Below, one piece after another: positions 36,534 to 37,587 of a stretch of DNA of 37,587 bases (the first letter of the stretch is position 1; each line of letters starts with the position of its first letter). The stretch is from Pseudobdellovibrionaceae bacterium (GTDB lineage Bacteria; Bdellovibrionota; Bdellovibrionia; Bdellovibrionales; UBA1609). The notes under the pieces are model-generated. The model made no database searches and had not been told where the DNA came from. It was given only the letters and a program-made list of their open reading frames with translations. The translations under genes were made by a program, and so were the position numbers. Location: NCBI GenBank assembly GCA_030591685.1, contig JAUVAX010000023.1, positions 1 to 37,587 of the forward strand. Reading direction: 5' to 3'.

Positions 36534-37473
36534 AACTTTAATAGTTATATTATTTTTAGGCCTCACGGCCTGTTCTTCGTTAAAAACAAGAACTCAAATT
36601 AATAAGGGCGGCGAGGCCATGGCTCAGCCCCATTTGACTGACGAGTATGGTGAGGCCTCTGAAGATCAGGCCCTTGAGGCGCAGGCTCTTGAAGCACAGG
36701 CTCCCGAAATTTCTTTAGGGCTTATACTTGGGCCCGGGTCTTTAAAGGCCCTTTCGCACTCTGGTTTTTTACAAGCCTTAGAACAAAGCAAAGTCCCTAT
36801 AAAACACATAATTGGTATTGAGTGGGGGGCCTTAATTGGTGGTTTTTACGCCGCCTCGGGTTCGGCCACAAAAGTGCAGTGGGAGCTTCAAAAATTAAAA
36901 AGCAATCACTTGCCCAGCATAGGTTTTTTATCAAAAAAATATGATGCAAAGTCTGTAAGCTCACTAATTAAAAAAGTAATTCCAGCAAGCTTACTTTTAC
37001 AAAAAGTAAAAGCACTAGATGTTAAATTTTCTTGTCCAGTGACTTCATACTATTTTGGGGCGACAAGTTGGGTCAGTTCTGGTCGACTCTCAGATGTTTT
37101 AGGCCGTTGCGTGCCTTCAAAGCCGTTTTTTAAGTCTTCTGGAGAGTGGTCGGCTGATTTATTTGCTCTAGAAGAGTCAATAAAGCACATGTCAAAACAA
37201 AATCTCACTCATATTATTTTTGTAAACCCCTTGGGGTCAGGGCGATTATTTACCAGAAAAGAGTTTTCTGAGCAACCTGAGCTAGGGGTCTTATGGCACC
37301 AATTAAAAAAGCAAACCCAAACCCTTAGGCAGCTCGAGAGCAAATATGATAGGTTAATTGTTGTTGATGTTAACACCAGCTCACAGGCTCTTTTTAAAAT
37401 GGGCTCAGTAAATATGTTGAGCCTTGCCGGCAAAAGGGCCGCAGCCCAACTGTTAAAAGACCTCGGGCTTTAA
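36517..37473 (+). CDS. Patatin-like phospholipase-fold lipoprotein, degenerate active site
   Basis: Lipobox LTAC; GLILGPGSLKALSHSG.LQALE..KVPIKHIIGIEWGALIGGFYA matches the patatin N-terminal block; ATG 36517 after AAGGAG. Confidence 0.75.
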   Translation: MQKKIKTLIVILFLGLTACSSLKTRTQINKGGEAMAQPHLTDEYGEASEDQALEAQALEAQAPEISLGLILGPGSLKALSHSGFLQALEQSKVPIKHIIGIEWGALIGGFYAASGSATKVQWELQKLKSNHLPSIGFLSKKYDAKSVSSLIKKVIPASLLLQKVKALDVKFSCPVTSYYFGATSWVSSGRLSDVLGRCVPSKPFFKSSGEWSADLFALEESIKHMSKQNLTHIIFVNPLGSGRLFTRKEFSEQPELGVLWHQLKKQTQTLRQLESKYDRLIVVDVNTSSQALFKMGSVNMLSLAGKRAAAQLLKDLGL

Positions 37474-37511
37474 AGAAAGGCTTGATGTTAATATATTAAG
37501 CGAAAATGATT

Positions 37512-37587
37512 ATAGATAAATAGATAAATAGATAAATAGATAAATAGATAAATAGATAAATAGATAAATAGATAAATAGATAAATAG
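37512..37587. repeat. Perfect 8-bp microsatellite (ATAGATAA)x9.5 running off the window end
   Basis: Direct reading of 37512-37587. Confidence 0.97.

Noticed and set aside
1622..37433. Many short antisense or alternate-frame ORFs in the track (e.g. 3538-3948, 18459-18782, 22366-22746, 33500-33985)
   Set aside because: Shadows of well-supported genes with no independent coding signal.
37512..37587. Terminal repeat as CRISPR array or telomere
   Set aside because: No spacers; a simple SSR, and nothing shows a replicon end.

Overview
Chromosomal window of a bacterium that looks Bdellovibrionota-like. This is an inference from the gene order (PBP1A-uvrA-msbA; xseA-xseB-ispA-tlyA without dxs), the orphan secreted proteins, the sigma54 promoters and the pilin-like ORF. 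The left 7.7 kb (minus strand) is an unusual periplasmic nitrate reductase-like operon: Tat-exported NapA-family molybdoenzyme, lipoprotein dihaem cytochrome c (not NapB), NapG-like, NapH-like, N-terminal-His membrane-anchored protein, large NapH/FixG-like polyferredoxin with a His/Met repeat, and a second NapG/MauM-like ferredoxin cut by the window edge. The middle is accessory: Cys-rich LuxR regulator, S8 lipoprotein protease, ThrE exporter, PhnA/YjdM, orphan lipoprotein, a pilin-like protein whose C-terminus resembles a shufflon PilV adhesin tip, hflKC, J-domain protein, DOPA dioxygenase family, SWIB, DUF4399 and rmuC. The right part is mostly housekeeping, with two orphan secreted proteins (one apparently ATT-initiated), a 6S RNA, a degenerate patatin lipoprotein and a terminal 8-bp microsatellite. 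No CRISPR array, tRNA, rRNA or mobile element was recognised. All family calls come from reading motifs by eye, not from database searches.
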